A stretch of DNA of 64,000 nt. Source: Promethearchaeota archaeon. Lineage in GTDB: Archaea > Asgardarchaeota > Lokiarchaeia > Sigyniarchaeales > SOKP01. Of the stretch, positions 39,406 to 49,308 are shown in pieces (position 1 is the first letter of the stretch; each line of letters begins with the position of its first letter). The notes below the pieces were generated by a model, which worked only from the letters and a program-made list of their open reading frames with translations, was not told the DNA's origin and searched no databases. Made by a program: the position numbers and the translations under genes. The DNA lies in assembly GCA_048939015.1 (NCBI GenBank), contig JBHLPW010000003.1, positions 1 through 64,000 of the forward strand. Direction: 5' to 3'.

Positions 39406-40155
39406 TTATTTGTTAATTAAATCTTTTAAAATAACGAATTCAACTTTATTTAAAAGAGCGAACTTAATTAAGATATTTATTTTTTTAACAAATGTATCTC
39501 CTGAGTTTATCCAGCGATCTGGTCTAAATAAGTAATCCTTAAATAAATTAAGTTTACTTTTATGAGTCACCATTACATTTTTAATATCTATTATTTCAGA
39601 AGGATGAAAGTATAAAACAACCAAATCATTTTTTAAGATCTTTCTTTTTAATATGTTGTAACCAAAAGGCATTCTTAGAGATATGTCTAGGGGTTGAAAT
39701 TCTAGAATAGAATAAGGATTTGATATATTTTGACTATATTTTCGATTAGATTTAAACGAAGAATCATAATGAAAACCTAAATTGTACAAAATTTTGAATA
39801 GGAAATCAGGAGGTTTTAAATAAGGAGCTCGAAATCCAATAATTTTTGAACTTAAACAGATCTTTTCAAGAATCTTCTTATTCTTGGCTATTACCTCTTG
39901 ACACTTATCAAATTTTAGTTTATTTAATCTTTCATGATTTAACCCATGGCATGCGATTTCATGGCCTTTACTTTCAATTGTTCTTATAGATTCAGGGAAT
40001 TTTTTAGCAATGCTTCCAGTACAAAAGAAGGTGCATTTTAGATTATAATAATCTAAGAGTTCTAGAATTCTTGGGATCCCTTCTTTTACTCCAAAAAATG
40101 TATCTAACAAAAAAGGTATGTCTCTCTCAATATCAATTGTTAACGCGATTTTCAT
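39406..40155 (-). CDS. Polysaccharide deacetylase (CE4/NodB-like)
   Basis: LTIDIE, HEIACHGLNH, GFRAPYL, YDSS and YFHP.E. Confidence 0.9.
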   Translation of the reverse strand: MKIALTIDIERDIPFLLDTFFGVKEGIPRILELLDYYNLKCTFFCTGSIAKKFPESIRTIESKGHEIACHGLNHERLNKLKFDKCQEVIAKNKKILEKICLSSKIIGFRAPYLKPPDFLFKILYNLGFHYDSSFKSNRKYSQNISNPYSILEFQPLDISLRMPFGYNILKRKILKNDLVVLYFHPSEIIDIKNVMVTHKSKLNLFKDYLFRPDRWINSGDTFVKKINILIKFALLNKVEFVILKDLINK

Positions 40156-40317
40156 TGTATGAAGAGTGCCTTATAATATAAAATGGAATCAATTTTAACT
40201 TTAATTAAATTATATTAAAAGATTAATTAATAATATTTGTGCTTAGAGCGAACAAATTAAAATTAACTAAATCATTAATATACTTAGATTAATAATCTTA
40301 AAATTGGAAAAGCTACA

Positions 40318-41511
40318 TTGAAAAGTACAAGAAATTTTTATGAAGATTTATCCATCTGTGTAAAAGAAACTGCAAACGAATGCCAATTATATAAAAATCT
40401 ATGTAATCATTATGATTATGATTTTGATCAAACTATTAATGAATCTAATCTAGGGGAAATTCCCTTTATTCCATGGAATTTATTCAAATTATCAAATAAC
40501 AAATTTAAGGAATTATTAAGGGGAAATACTTTTGAAAAATTAGAATATTGGATGGAATCTTCTTCAACATGTGGAGATCCTAGCATCGTTGGACGGTTGA
40601 ACAACGATATCGAAGTTTTGAAAGCAAATTATAATGAGGTTTTTAATAGTTTTTCGAATAAAGAACAAGTTAATAATTTAATATTGTTTGCTCCAGATAT
40701 GAGAATTATTAATAAGATTAGACATACTTTCTATGGCAAGAATGCTTATCTTCTATATAAGAGTATAGTCGATATTTGGGAAGGAAAGCATGTAAATTTT
40801 TTATTACAATTCTTTCTAGGGAAAACTATAAGAGAAATGATTACTTCATTAAAAGCTCGTGCTGTAATTGGGATTAATGGAAAATTATTAAAGTCTGAAC
40901 TAAGCAGAGTCGAGAAAAATAAAATTCCAACAATTATGGCTAATTCTCCACTATGGATGCATAAAGTATTAAAGGACTATTACCAAAAAGAGAAGAAAAC
41001 CTTTGATTTGAGTGAAAATTTTTATATTATCACAGGCGGTGGCGGTTGGGATGGTACAAAAGGGCGCGTAAAATTAGGACATCGTGTAAAAAAACCAGAA
41101 TTCATTGAACAGATGTGTGATATGTTCAATATTACTGTAGATAAATTTTGTGATAATTTTGCTGCCACTGAAAGTCCAATGGCATGTGGAGGACATTGGT
41201 CGAAAAAATATAATGATTTTATACTCCATATAAATAATAATCAAGGTCGAATTGTTGTTCGAGATATTGAAACAGCAGAACCTATTAAAGATATAGGTAA
41301 ACCAGGAATTTTGGAATTAATAACCCCTTATGGTGTGAGCAGTTATGCGGGAGTAGCAGTTTTACTAGATGACGTCGTTCAAGTTGAAAATTGGGAGAGA
41401 TGCCCTGAATGTGGTCGAGAGGGAGCTACTTTTAGAGTTTTGGGACGATTAACCCCTTCAATAGGGAAAGGTTGCAGTTCTTTATTTACTTTAGATGCAC
41501 TTAAAATGTAA
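40318..41511 (+). CDS. LuxE-like acyl-protein synthetase / adenylating enzyme
   Basis: EIPFIP...FK, SSSTCGDPS P-loop, TGGGGW.G, ATE, F.VLGR and C-terminal KGCS. Confidence 0.75.
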   Translation: MKSTRNFYEDLSICVKETANECQLYKNLCNHYDYDFDQTINESNLGEIPFIPWNLFKLSNNKFKELLRGNTFEKLEYWMESSSTCGDPSIVGRLNNDIEVLKANYNEVFNSFSNKEQVNNLILFAPDMRIINKIRHTFYGKNAYLLYKSIVDIWEGKHVNFLLQFFLGKTIREMITSLKARAVIGINGKLLKSELSRVEKNKIPTIMANSPLWMHKVLKDYYQKEKKTFDLSENFYIITGGGGWDGTKGRVKLGHRVKKPEFIEQMCDMFNITVDKFCDNFAATESPMACGGHWSKKYNDFILHINNNQGRIVVRDIETAEPIKDIGKPGILELITPYGVSSYAGVAVLLDDVVQVENWERCPECGREGATFRVLGRLTPSIGKGCSSLFTLDALKM

Positions 41512-41547
41512 AATGCAGAAAATGAAACTTTGATGAACTAGAATAAG

Positions 41548-42666
41548 ATGCGAGTTTTAGTAATAGGTGCAGGATTAACTGGCTGTACATTAGCACGTTT
41601 AATGAAAGATAAAAATTATCTGGTTTCAATAAAGGAGAAGCAGAATTATATTGGAGGGTTATGTTATACAACAACCTCCACTAATGGTATATTATATGAA
41701 CCTTTTGGAGGTCATGCATTTCACACTAATGATCCTCGTATTAGAGAATTTGTTCTTCAATTTTCAGAATTTAATGATTATTTTCATAGAAAAGGTATTA
41801 TTATAAATGGTATATTGCGACCTTTTCCTCTTAGTAAAGATACAATACTTCAGATGGAAAATGGCAAACAAATTCTAAAGGAAATTGATGAACGACCTGA
41901 TATTCCGGATTTAACAAATTTTGAAACATATGCAATTTCACAATTTGGAAATACTTTATATAAATTGTTTATATATAATTATTCCAAAAAAATGTGGGGA
42001 TTAGAACCTGCAAAGTTGACAACTGAATATATCAGAAATCGAATCGAAATGAAAGAACACAATACTCAAATGTTTGATGATTATTTCCAAGGATTACCCA
42101 TTAGAGGATACACTGAATTCCTTAGAAATATGATACAAGATATCCCAATACAATTACGTATTAGTAGGTATGATGAGTCTTCATATGACCTTATTTTATA
42201 CTCTGGTAGAATAGATGAATTATTTAAATTTAAGTTTGGAAATTTACAATTCAGGTCCCTATTATTTGAATATAAAGAGAATGAAAATTGGGAGAACCTA
42301 AATTATGGATCAATTAATCTCCCCCAACATAAAAGATATATTCGAAAGGTAAACTTCAATGTTATGTATAAACAAAAAAATGATAATTCATGGATTCAAT
42401 ATCAAGAACCAGTAGCTCATAATGATAATAATTTACCATTGTATCCAATATATACTAAGAGAAATCTAAAGTCATTTGATAAGTATTTAATTGAGGCATG
42501 CAAGTCTGATAAGATTATTCCTGTTGGTCGTTTAGGATTATATAAATATTTAGAAATGGGACAAGCTATTAATTTAGCAATGAATATGATGCCCTTAATC
42601 GAAAATTGGAAGAAATTTAGTCCTAAAGAAAGATATTCTGAAATTAAAACATTATTAAATTCTTAA
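41548..42666 (+). CDS. glf: UDP-galactopyranose mutase
   Basis: GAGLTG FAD motif, IGGLC, GGHAFHT, YSKKMWG, FQGLP..GY, YP.Y and GRLGLYKYLEM. Confidence 0.88.
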   Translation: MRVLVIGAGLTGCTLARLMKDKNYLVSIKEKQNYIGGLCYTTTSTNGILYEPFGGHAFHTNDPRIREFVLQFSEFNDYFHRKGIIINGILRPFPLSKDTILQMENGKQILKEIDERPDIPDLTNFETYAISQFGNTLYKLFIYNYSKKMWGLEPAKLTTEYIRNRIEMKEHNTQMFDDYFQGLPIRGYTEFLRNMIQDIPIQLRISRYDESSYDLILYSGRIDELFKFKFGNLQFRSLLFEYKENENWENLNYGSINLPQHKRYIRKVNFNVMYKQKNDNSWIQYQEPVAHNDNNLPLYPIYTKRNLKSFDKYLIEACKSDKIIPVGRLGLYKYLEMGQAINLAMNMMPLIENWKKFSPKERYSEIKTLLNS

Positions 42667-42681
42667 GTAATTTTATTTAGG

Positions 42682-43452
42682 TTACTTTTGCTCCCTCCAA
42701 CTGAGATCTTTAGCTAGATTATGGAAAAAATCTTTTTTTATTCGATATTGAGTAATCCGTCCTAAACTACGACTTGCATTTAAAGATCTGCCACTAGTTA
42801 ATACTGAAACAAAGTTAAGAGTTCTAATTTTACCAGTCTTCAGTTTTCTACTTAAATATATTAAAGAATCTGAAAAAACCTTATCCATTCCTATCAAGTC
42901 GGGAGGCAATTGTTTAAATCCACCAGCTTTAAAAAATATATTTCTTCTAATAATTATATTGCATCCTATAAGTTCCGGATATCCCAATAAGGATTTGAAA
43001 AAATAATATATATGCATACTTATGTTAAGAAAGAAATATTTTGTGAGAGTAAATCTCCAAGAACCTAAACCAAATGAAATAACTCTCCCATCATGGTACT
43101 TGACTCTTGCACTGCAAGCAAATAAATTTTTTTTTTTTTTAAATATATTGTAGACTTTCTGTAAGAAATAGGGATCTATTAACGTATCAGCATCTAAAAA
43201 AACTAGGATACTACCATAAGTTTTAGGTACAGCGAAATTTATCTGGTGTGATTTCCCTTTTTTTGGCGAAATATACACTTTTGCATATTTTTTAGCAATA
43301 GAAACGGTCTTATCGACACTTTGCCCATCTGCTACAATAATTTCATATGAAAAGTTACAAATTTGCTTTTTAACAGCAATTAATGTTTCTTTTATGTGAT
43401 TTTCCTCATTGTACGTCGGGATAATAACTGAAATCTTTGGATTACGAATCAT
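42682..43452 (-). CDS. GT2 glycosyltransferase
   Basis: ISVIIPTYNEE, D.QS.D.T, FLDAD, GGF and TSGR. Confidence 0.9.
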   Translation of the reverse strand: MIRNPKISVIIPTYNEENHIKETLIAVKKQICNFSYEIIVADGQSVDKTVSIAKKYAKVYISPKKGKSHQINFAVPKTYGSILVFLDADTLIDPYFLQKVYNIFKKKKNLFACSARVKYHDGRVISFGLGSWRFTLTKYFFLNISMHIYYFFKSLLGYPELIGCNIIIRRNIFFKAGGFKQLPPDLIGMDKVFSDSLIYLSRKLKTGKIRTLNFVSVLTSGRSLNASRSLGRITQYRIKKDFFHNLAKDLSWREQK

Positions 43453-43571
43453 GTCTTTTATAGTAGGTTAAATTGTAAACAGAAAATCTATAATTTATTA
43501 GTAGATGTTATTTTATTATTCTATACAAGTATTAGATTTATTATATAATTAATTGATAATAAGATAAGACA

Positions 43572-44699
43572 ATGTCTAAGAAGGACTCCACTAAGATGAA
43601 ATTTTTAGCAAAGGGGTTTGTAATTTCATTTTTTTTCTTATGTTTAAGCGCATTTGTTATTATTGTAATAATTATTAACCGTCTCTTTTTACCAATTCCA
43701 TTGGTGGATTCTGTATATCAATTTATAAGACCTTGGTTATTGTTTTTCTTTTATGATTATACCATATTTATCTATTCTATAGTCTTTATTTGTTATACAC
43801 TACTACTTCTTTTCTATGTTTTTGGATATAATTTAGCAAAAGTAAAACATATGACAGGGTCAATAATCTATATTTTTAGTTTATTAGGATTTGTGTTAGT
43901 TACTTTTTTTGTCAGTCACTACGCATACGCTAGTATATTATTTAATCAAGATATAACTCTTAACACAAGGTTAATGCTATTAATGCTCTTTTTACCTATT
44001 ATATTTGCATTAGGTTTATTCCTATTTTTAGTTAATACTGATTTTCTCATATTTTTTAAGGATTTAATAAAGGCTAGAAAAGTATGGAGGCATAATAGAC
44101 CTGGTTTTGAAATCGAAGTGAAGGGAAAAATAACCAATATAATTATTAACACTGAAGAACATATTTTCACTCCTGTCCCAATGTTAATTATTGCCAAGTA
44201 TCTCCAGACTAAAGGATTTTCAGTTTCATGGTTTGTTAGAGGGGCTTTTAATCACGTAATATCGTTAATTACTACATATTTAACTGGATGGCCGCGGGCT
44301 AGAAACATATTATTTCGATTAACTGGGATGAAAATAGGGGAAAATTGCCATATTTCTCAAAAAGCAATACCAGATCCTCTTCTACCTGAGCTAATCGAAT
44401 TTGAAGATGGTAGCGGATGTGGAATTGGAGTAAAATTATTAACTCATAATGCAATGAATATCCAACATGGTACATTTAGTTTTGGACCTATAAAAGTTTG
44501 TAAAAATGCGAGAATTGGAGCTTATTCGGTTATATTACCCGGAGTAACAATAGGTGAGGGGTCGATTATTGGGGCTAATTCACTAGTTAGTGACGATATA
44601 CCTCCATATTCTATTGCTTTTGGTTCTCCCGCTAAAGTTGAAAGGGAGTTAACTGATGAAGAAAAGAAATTAGTAAATAAGAATTATCAAAATTCTTAA
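43572..44699 (+). CDS. Membrane-bound acyltransferase (4 TM + left-handed beta-helix hexapeptide domain)
   Basis: Hydrophobic N-half; GMKIGENC, LTH, IGAYSVILPGVTIGEGSIIGANSLV and GSPAK. Confidence 0.85.
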   Translation: MSKKDSTKMKFLAKGFVISFFFLCLSAFVIIVIIINRLFLPIPLVDSVYQFIRPWLLFFFYDYTIFIYSIVFICYTLLLLFYVFGYNLAKVKHMTGSIIYIFSLLGFVLVTFFVSHYAYASILFNQDITLNTRLMLLMLFLPIIFALGLFLFLVNTDFLIFFKDLIKARKVWRHNRPGFEIEVKGKITNIIINTEEHIFTPVPMLIIAKYLQTKGFSVSWFVRGAFNHVISLITTYLTGWPRARNILFRLTGMKIGENCHISQKAIPDPLLPELIEFEDGSGCGIGVKLLTHNAMNIQHGTFSFGPIKVCKNARIGAYSVILPGVTIGEGSIIGANSLVSDDIPPYSIAFGSPAKVERELTDEEKKLVNKNYQNS

Positions 44700-44793
44700 A
44701 TCCTATTGTATTAATCTAATGAAAATTTGCATTAATATTAAAAAAAAAAATTAGAAGTGAATTAATATAACAGAAAATAATCTCAAGCTTTGG

Positions 44794-45630
44794 ATGAAAT
44801 ATTTGATCATTCTTGCGATTTTTATTGGTGTAATATTAATAACTGCCGAATTGGACTGGGCTGCTGAACATTTTAATATAGGACTCGGTGTACAACTTAC
44901 TTGGCTAATTATTCTACTCAGTTTAGGATTTATTCTCCCTATCTGTTTTATGTATCTAGCTGGTAATAAAGACATCGAAAGAAGAGATTCAGATAAGAAA
45001 TGGCTAATAATTGCAATTATTCTGTTTCTAATTGCTAATGGAATACCAATTATATTTTATGTAATTCTAGGTAATCCACCTGGATTTTTATTATACTTAC
45101 AATTAGCACTATTTGGTTTAATTCCGGCTTTTTTTCTTCAACCAAAGGAGATAAAAAACCGAATCTTATTATTAGCCATTCTTTTTTTAACAATTATTAT
45201 CCCAATAGGTATTTTAGTTCAGATCACAATAGGTGAGGTTTGGGCTCAACTAATTGCATATGGTTCAGCAGATAAGACGATGTACTATTTAGCATTCTGG
45301 GGTTTACTGATGACATTTTTCTTTCTAATTATTGCAGTTGGTTGGAAATTGGGAGGCGGTTCTAAAAGACAAAGTTGGAATATTTTTATAGCAGGTACAT
45401 TATTACAATACAGTACACTTGAAGATTTCTTTTATTTCATTTTAAATGGACAATCGCTTCCTGGTACATGGCCTTGGATGAGTAATTTTGTTATAAATTT
45501 AGAACTATTATTTGGTCATGTCCCTACCGATTTAGATCTTTTCATTTTCTGCCTTATTATTAGTATAATAGCAATTTTTATTCTTTTTGATGGTCATGGG
45601 TATATTTGGACAAAAATTAAGGCAAGATGA
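44794..45630 (+). CDS. Hypothetical polytopic membrane protein
   Basis: About 8 hydrophobic segments. The LEDFFYF...P..WPW motif is not assigned to a family. Confidence 0.7.
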   Translation: MKYLIILAIFIGVILITAELDWAAEHFNIGLGVQLTWLIILLSLGFILPICFMYLAGNKDIERRDSDKKWLIIAIILFLIANGIPIIFYVILGNPPGFLLYLQLALFGLIPAFFLQPKEIKNRILLLAILFLTIIIPIGILVQITIGEVWAQLIAYGSADKTMYYLAFWGLLMTFFFLIIAVGWKLGGGSKRQSWNIFIAGTLLQYSTLEDFFYFILNGQSLPGTWPWMSNFVINLELLFGHVPTDLDLFIFCLIISIIAIFILFDGHGYIWTKIKAR

Positions 45631-45760
45631 TGAATTTTTTTTTCTTTTTTCACATTATATACTATAAAACCAAAAAATCTTTAATTAATATTGTTATAAT
45701 TTGATTTATTAATTCACAAAGCTTCAAATCATTAAAGAATTATTTATCATTAAAAATCTG

Positions 45761-47275
45761 GTGGTTCTTTTGAAAAATTATGATATAATATTTATACATC
45801 CACCAAGATTGTTAGAACCTGATTATCGAAAACATGCTAAATTAGTTCGAGGAACCTTTATTTTTATTCCAATGGGTCTTTTTGCGATTGCTGATATCCT
45901 TGAAAGAAAGGGTTTTGGAGTCAGGATAATAAATTATCCTTTAGAACAATATTTAAACCGTAATTGGAGTTTAATTGAGGAGTTAAAACACATAAATTTC
46001 AAAATTTGTGGAATAGATCTTCATTGGATTCACAATGCAAATGGTGCTATAGAAGTTGCTAAGATCGTTAAGGATGTAAATCCTAATGCTAAAGTATTAT
46101 TTGGTGGGTTTAGTGCATCTTATTACCACAATGAAATCTTAAAGAATTACAATATAATTGATGGTGTTATAAGAGGCGAAGGCGAAATTCCCTTTTTAAG
46201 ATATGCTGAAAATCTAAGTAAAAATACTTCATTTGATATGGTTCCTAATTTATCTTACCGTAATTCTTCCGGTCATATTAAAATAAATCCTATATCTTAT
46301 GTTGCCAATTCTTTAGATGAACTTAATTTTACCAACGTATCCTTTCTAAAAAATGCAAAACAATATTTTGAATATAGTAGAAAAATTATGGGTATCTCTT
46401 TTAATCTTCCAATTGGGAGAGGCTGTCCATTTAATTGTCCATTTTGTGGAGGGGGTCAAAAGGCTCAACAATGTTTCACAGAAAGAAAGAAAGTTATCCT
46501 TAGAAGTCCAGAAAAAGTAATAGAAGATATCACTAATATCTCGGACAAATATAAAATTCCAAGTATCTTTTTCGGACATGGTACATATCCATCAAATTTA
46601 ACATATTGGAAAAGATTATTTAGGTTGATTCAACAGGAAAAATTTGATATTGGAGGAGATTTAGAAATATGGCGATTACCGTTTCCTAAAGAAATGTGGG
46701 ATTTATTTTATAAAACTTTTAATCTTACGTATTCATCAGTAAGTATTTCTCCTAGAATAATGTCTTTGAACGTTCATCAAAAAATTGCTCAAATTTGCGA
46801 TCCTACATTCTATTTTCCCGCACATCTAATAAGAGATTTAATAAAGAATGCGATTTTGTACCAAATAACGTTAAGAATTTGGATGACAGTTGGTTTTCCA
46901 TTCCAAACTCGCCTAGATGTTATAAAAGATTTCATGTTCGCGATCAAGAGTTTAATAAAATATGGTAAATCAAAACTAATGCCAATTACCATAATGAATG
47001 AACCATATTTTGTATTCCCCGGTGCGCCTGCTTATGAATCTCCAGAACTATTTGAGATGATTCTAAGATATAAATCTTTTCCAGAGCTAGTCGAAGTTTT
47101 CAAACAGACCAAATCATTATTTAATAGGTTATTTAGTTGTAATAATTATGGAACAAAATATTTATCCCAAACTTCGATTCGTTATTTAAATTTTTTATTT
47201 TCTTTAATTACTTTACCTATGCTCATAACATCAACCTCAAACACACATAATATTAGAAAGGAAAATATACCATGA
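45761..47275 (+). CDS. B12-binding domain radical SAM protein (Ta0216-like, divergent core)
   Basis: IHPP, PMGLFAIA, IDLHW, GGFSAS, RGEGE and GRGCPFNCPFCGG. Confidence 0.85.
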   Translation: MVLLKNYDIIFIHPPRLLEPDYRKHAKLVRGTFIFIPMGLFAIADILERKGFGVRIINYPLEQYLNRNWSLIEELKHINFKICGIDLHWIHNANGAIEVAKIVKDVNPNAKVLFGGFSASYYHNEILKNYNIIDGVIRGEGEIPFLRYAENLSKNTSFDMVPNLSYRNSSGHIKINPISYVANSLDELNFTNVSFLKNAKQYFEYSRKIMGISFNLPIGRGCPFNCPFCGGGQKAQQCFTERKKVILRSPEKVIEDITNISDKYKIPSIFFGHGTYPSNLTYWKRLFRLIQQEKFDIGGDLEIWRLPFPKEMWDLFYKTFNLTYSSVSISPRIMSLNVHQKIAQICDPTFYFPAHLIRDLIKNAILYQITLRIWMTVGFPFQTRLDVIKDFMFAIKSLIKYGKSKLMPITIMNEPYFVFPGAPAYESPELFEMILRYKSFPELVEVFKQTKSLFNRLFSCNNYGTKYLSQTSIRYLNFLFSLITLPMLITSTSNTHNIRKENIP

Positions 47276-47320
47276 TTGGTATTAAAAAAAAATAACTTAA
47301 TCCCCTTAAACCAAGAGTTA

Positions 47321-47839
47321 TTACAACGCAGTTATTCCTGCCATTAAAGTGGCTATTAACAGAAGTATTGTATTAAATGTTATCCCGATAAGTCCTATTA
47401 TTTTTCCAGCTTTAAGAATAGAACTTAAAGATTCCATTTCTTCTGCTTTTCTATAGAATATTCTAGAAGCAATTCCAAACATTATTCCTATCACATGTGC
47501 TATTATAAGCCCAATAAAAACTCTTCTCAATAGGAAAATATAAGAAAAAATAGGATCTAAAACTGCTGTGGATCCAATATCAAATGTGATTGACAAAATG
47601 ACAATTGAGACTATTCCAAATCCTAAAGATTTCTTTGAATAGGAACCAGCACTTCCTTTCATTTTTGATTTTTGTCCTATAATTTGATACACGGGAGGTG
47701 AAATAGGTATTGAATCATTTCGATCTCCAGTAGTCTCCAATTGAGATGGTCCATATGCTCTTTGAACTTTATTCCCGCAATACTGACAAAACCGTTGATT
47801 TTCAAATTCTAATTTTTGCCCACAATTCTTACAATACAT
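47321..47839 (-). CDS. Zinc-ribbon domain membrane protein
   Basis: MYCKNCG...FCQYCG followed by 3 TM helices. The ATG at 47839 is preferred over the ORF-track start at 47911. Confidence 0.78.
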   Translation of the reverse strand: MYCKNCGQKLEFENQRFCQYCGNKVQRAYGPSQLETTGDRNDSIPISPPVYQIIGQKSKMKGSAGSYSKKSLGFGIVSIVILSITFDIGSTAVLDPIFSYIFLLRRVFIGLIIAHVIGIMFGIASRIFYRKAEEMESLSSILKAGKIIGLIGITFNTILLLIATLMAGITAL

Positions 47840-47929
47840 AGGGTTTTTCTCAATATGATCATATAAATTGAATCTAATACAAAAGGGATTACATATTAAA
47901 TAAAGAAACAATAATTAATAAAAATTTAG

Positions 47930-49294
47930 TTATACTTTAGATAAAGCTAATACTTCAGCTTCTTCTCTTTCTAACAACATTGGAGTTTTTTCCCAACTTA
48001 TTTCTTTAGGAAGTTTAAATTGCCGTAAAAACATAAAAAGATGAATATAGCCACTAATTGGAAAAAGTAATAAAAGACTATAATGTTTATCACAATACTT
48101 TCTTATAACATTGAATAAAAACCCAAATTGAAAGAAGAGACACGAAATATTCCAGATTAGCATATAAAATTCTCCAATTAAAGCATAGAGTATCGTAAAA
48201 CCAAGAATAATAGGAATCCATGTATCCATGTTTGCAATAACCATCATTGTCATGTTTCTTGCAATAATTAAAGATTTTCCATTTTTATATTCGCTTTCCA
48301 TTGCCATTAATTGGGGCATATCACCAATAAATCCCGCAAGCCATCTTGTACGTTGTTTGACTAAAATTTCCCAATTATTTGGTACATATTCATATATTTT
48401 TGCTTTAGGCGAAAATCGAATATCGACTCCATCTAGATTTAGAAGCACAGATAGATAAAGGTCTTCTGTCATTGAATCTTCATTAAAACCACCATACTTT
48501 CTAAGATATTTTGTTCTCACCGCAAAATTTCTGCCGAATGAATAGGCTGATGAACCCAGTCTATTTTTAACTTCAAAAAGTAATCCACCACCTGAAACTA
48601 TACCATAATCTAAGAAGATTCCTCGTGTCAATTCATTTTCTTTCCAATTCTTGACTAAAACAGGGCCAATTACAGCATTATTCTTTTCTTTTTGAAATGG
48701 TGAAATCAAATTTCTTAGAGTATGGGGTTCTAATATACAACCTGAATCATAAAGTACTACAATATCGTTTTTTACATGATCCAAACCATAATTAAGTGCT
48801 GCAGGTTTTCCTTTTTTAGGTAAATCTTCTGAAAGTAATTTAATATCCAGGTCTTTATAATTATTTATAAAGTTTTTACAATAATCTTTTGTCTTTTCTG
48901 TTGAACCGCTTGTTATTATAATTATTTGGATATTTTCTTTTGGGTAATCTGAATTAGCTATCGATTTTATTGTTCGTTCTAATAATATTTCTTCGTTTTT
49001 TGAAGCTATTAGTATACTTATTTTTGCATAAAATGGAGTTTTTGTTTTATATCCTCTCCCAAATGAAGCAAAGAAATGTATTCCATAAAAAATGATAAAT
49101 CCTGCCAGCATTATTAATCCAATAAATGGAAATATGAACCACCAATATTCTAAAGGTGCTGTTAAAAAGGTATCAATTGCTTCTTTAACTTTTGATGGCC
49201 AAAAGGGTGGAAAAAAGATGTGGATTAATACAAAAAAAATTATAATAATAGCTCCATAGAGGAAATATCTATAAAGTTTCATTTTTCTTAACAT
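47930..49294 (-). CDS. Membrane GT2 glycosyltransferase (cellulose-synthase-like fold)
   Basis: GKPAALN, TED and QRTRW motifs, with TM helices at both ends. Confidence 0.9.
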   Translation of the reverse strand: MLRKMKLYRYFLYGAIIIIFFVLIHIFFPPFWPSKVKEAIDTFLTAPLEYWWFIFPFIGLIMLAGFIIFYGIHFFASFGRGYKTKTPFYAKISILIASKNEEILLERTIKSIANSDYPKENIQIIIITSGSTEKTKDYCKNFINNYKDLDIKLLSEDLPKKGKPAALNYGLDHVKNDIVVLYDSGCILEPHTLRNLISPFQKEKNNAVIGPVLVKNWKENELTRGIFLDYGIVSGGGLLFEVKNRLGSSAYSFGRNFAVRTKYLRKYGGFNEDSMTEDLYLSVLLNLDGVDIRFSPKAKIYEYVPNNWEILVKQRTRWLAGFIGDMPQLMAMESEYKNGKSLIIARNMTMMVIANMDTWIPIILGFTILYALIGEFYMLIWNISCLFFQFGFLFNVIRKYCDKHYSLLLLFPISGYIHLFMFLRQFKLPKEISWEKTPMLLEREEAEVLALSKV

Positions 49295-49308
49295 ACCTTT
49301 TTTGTTTT

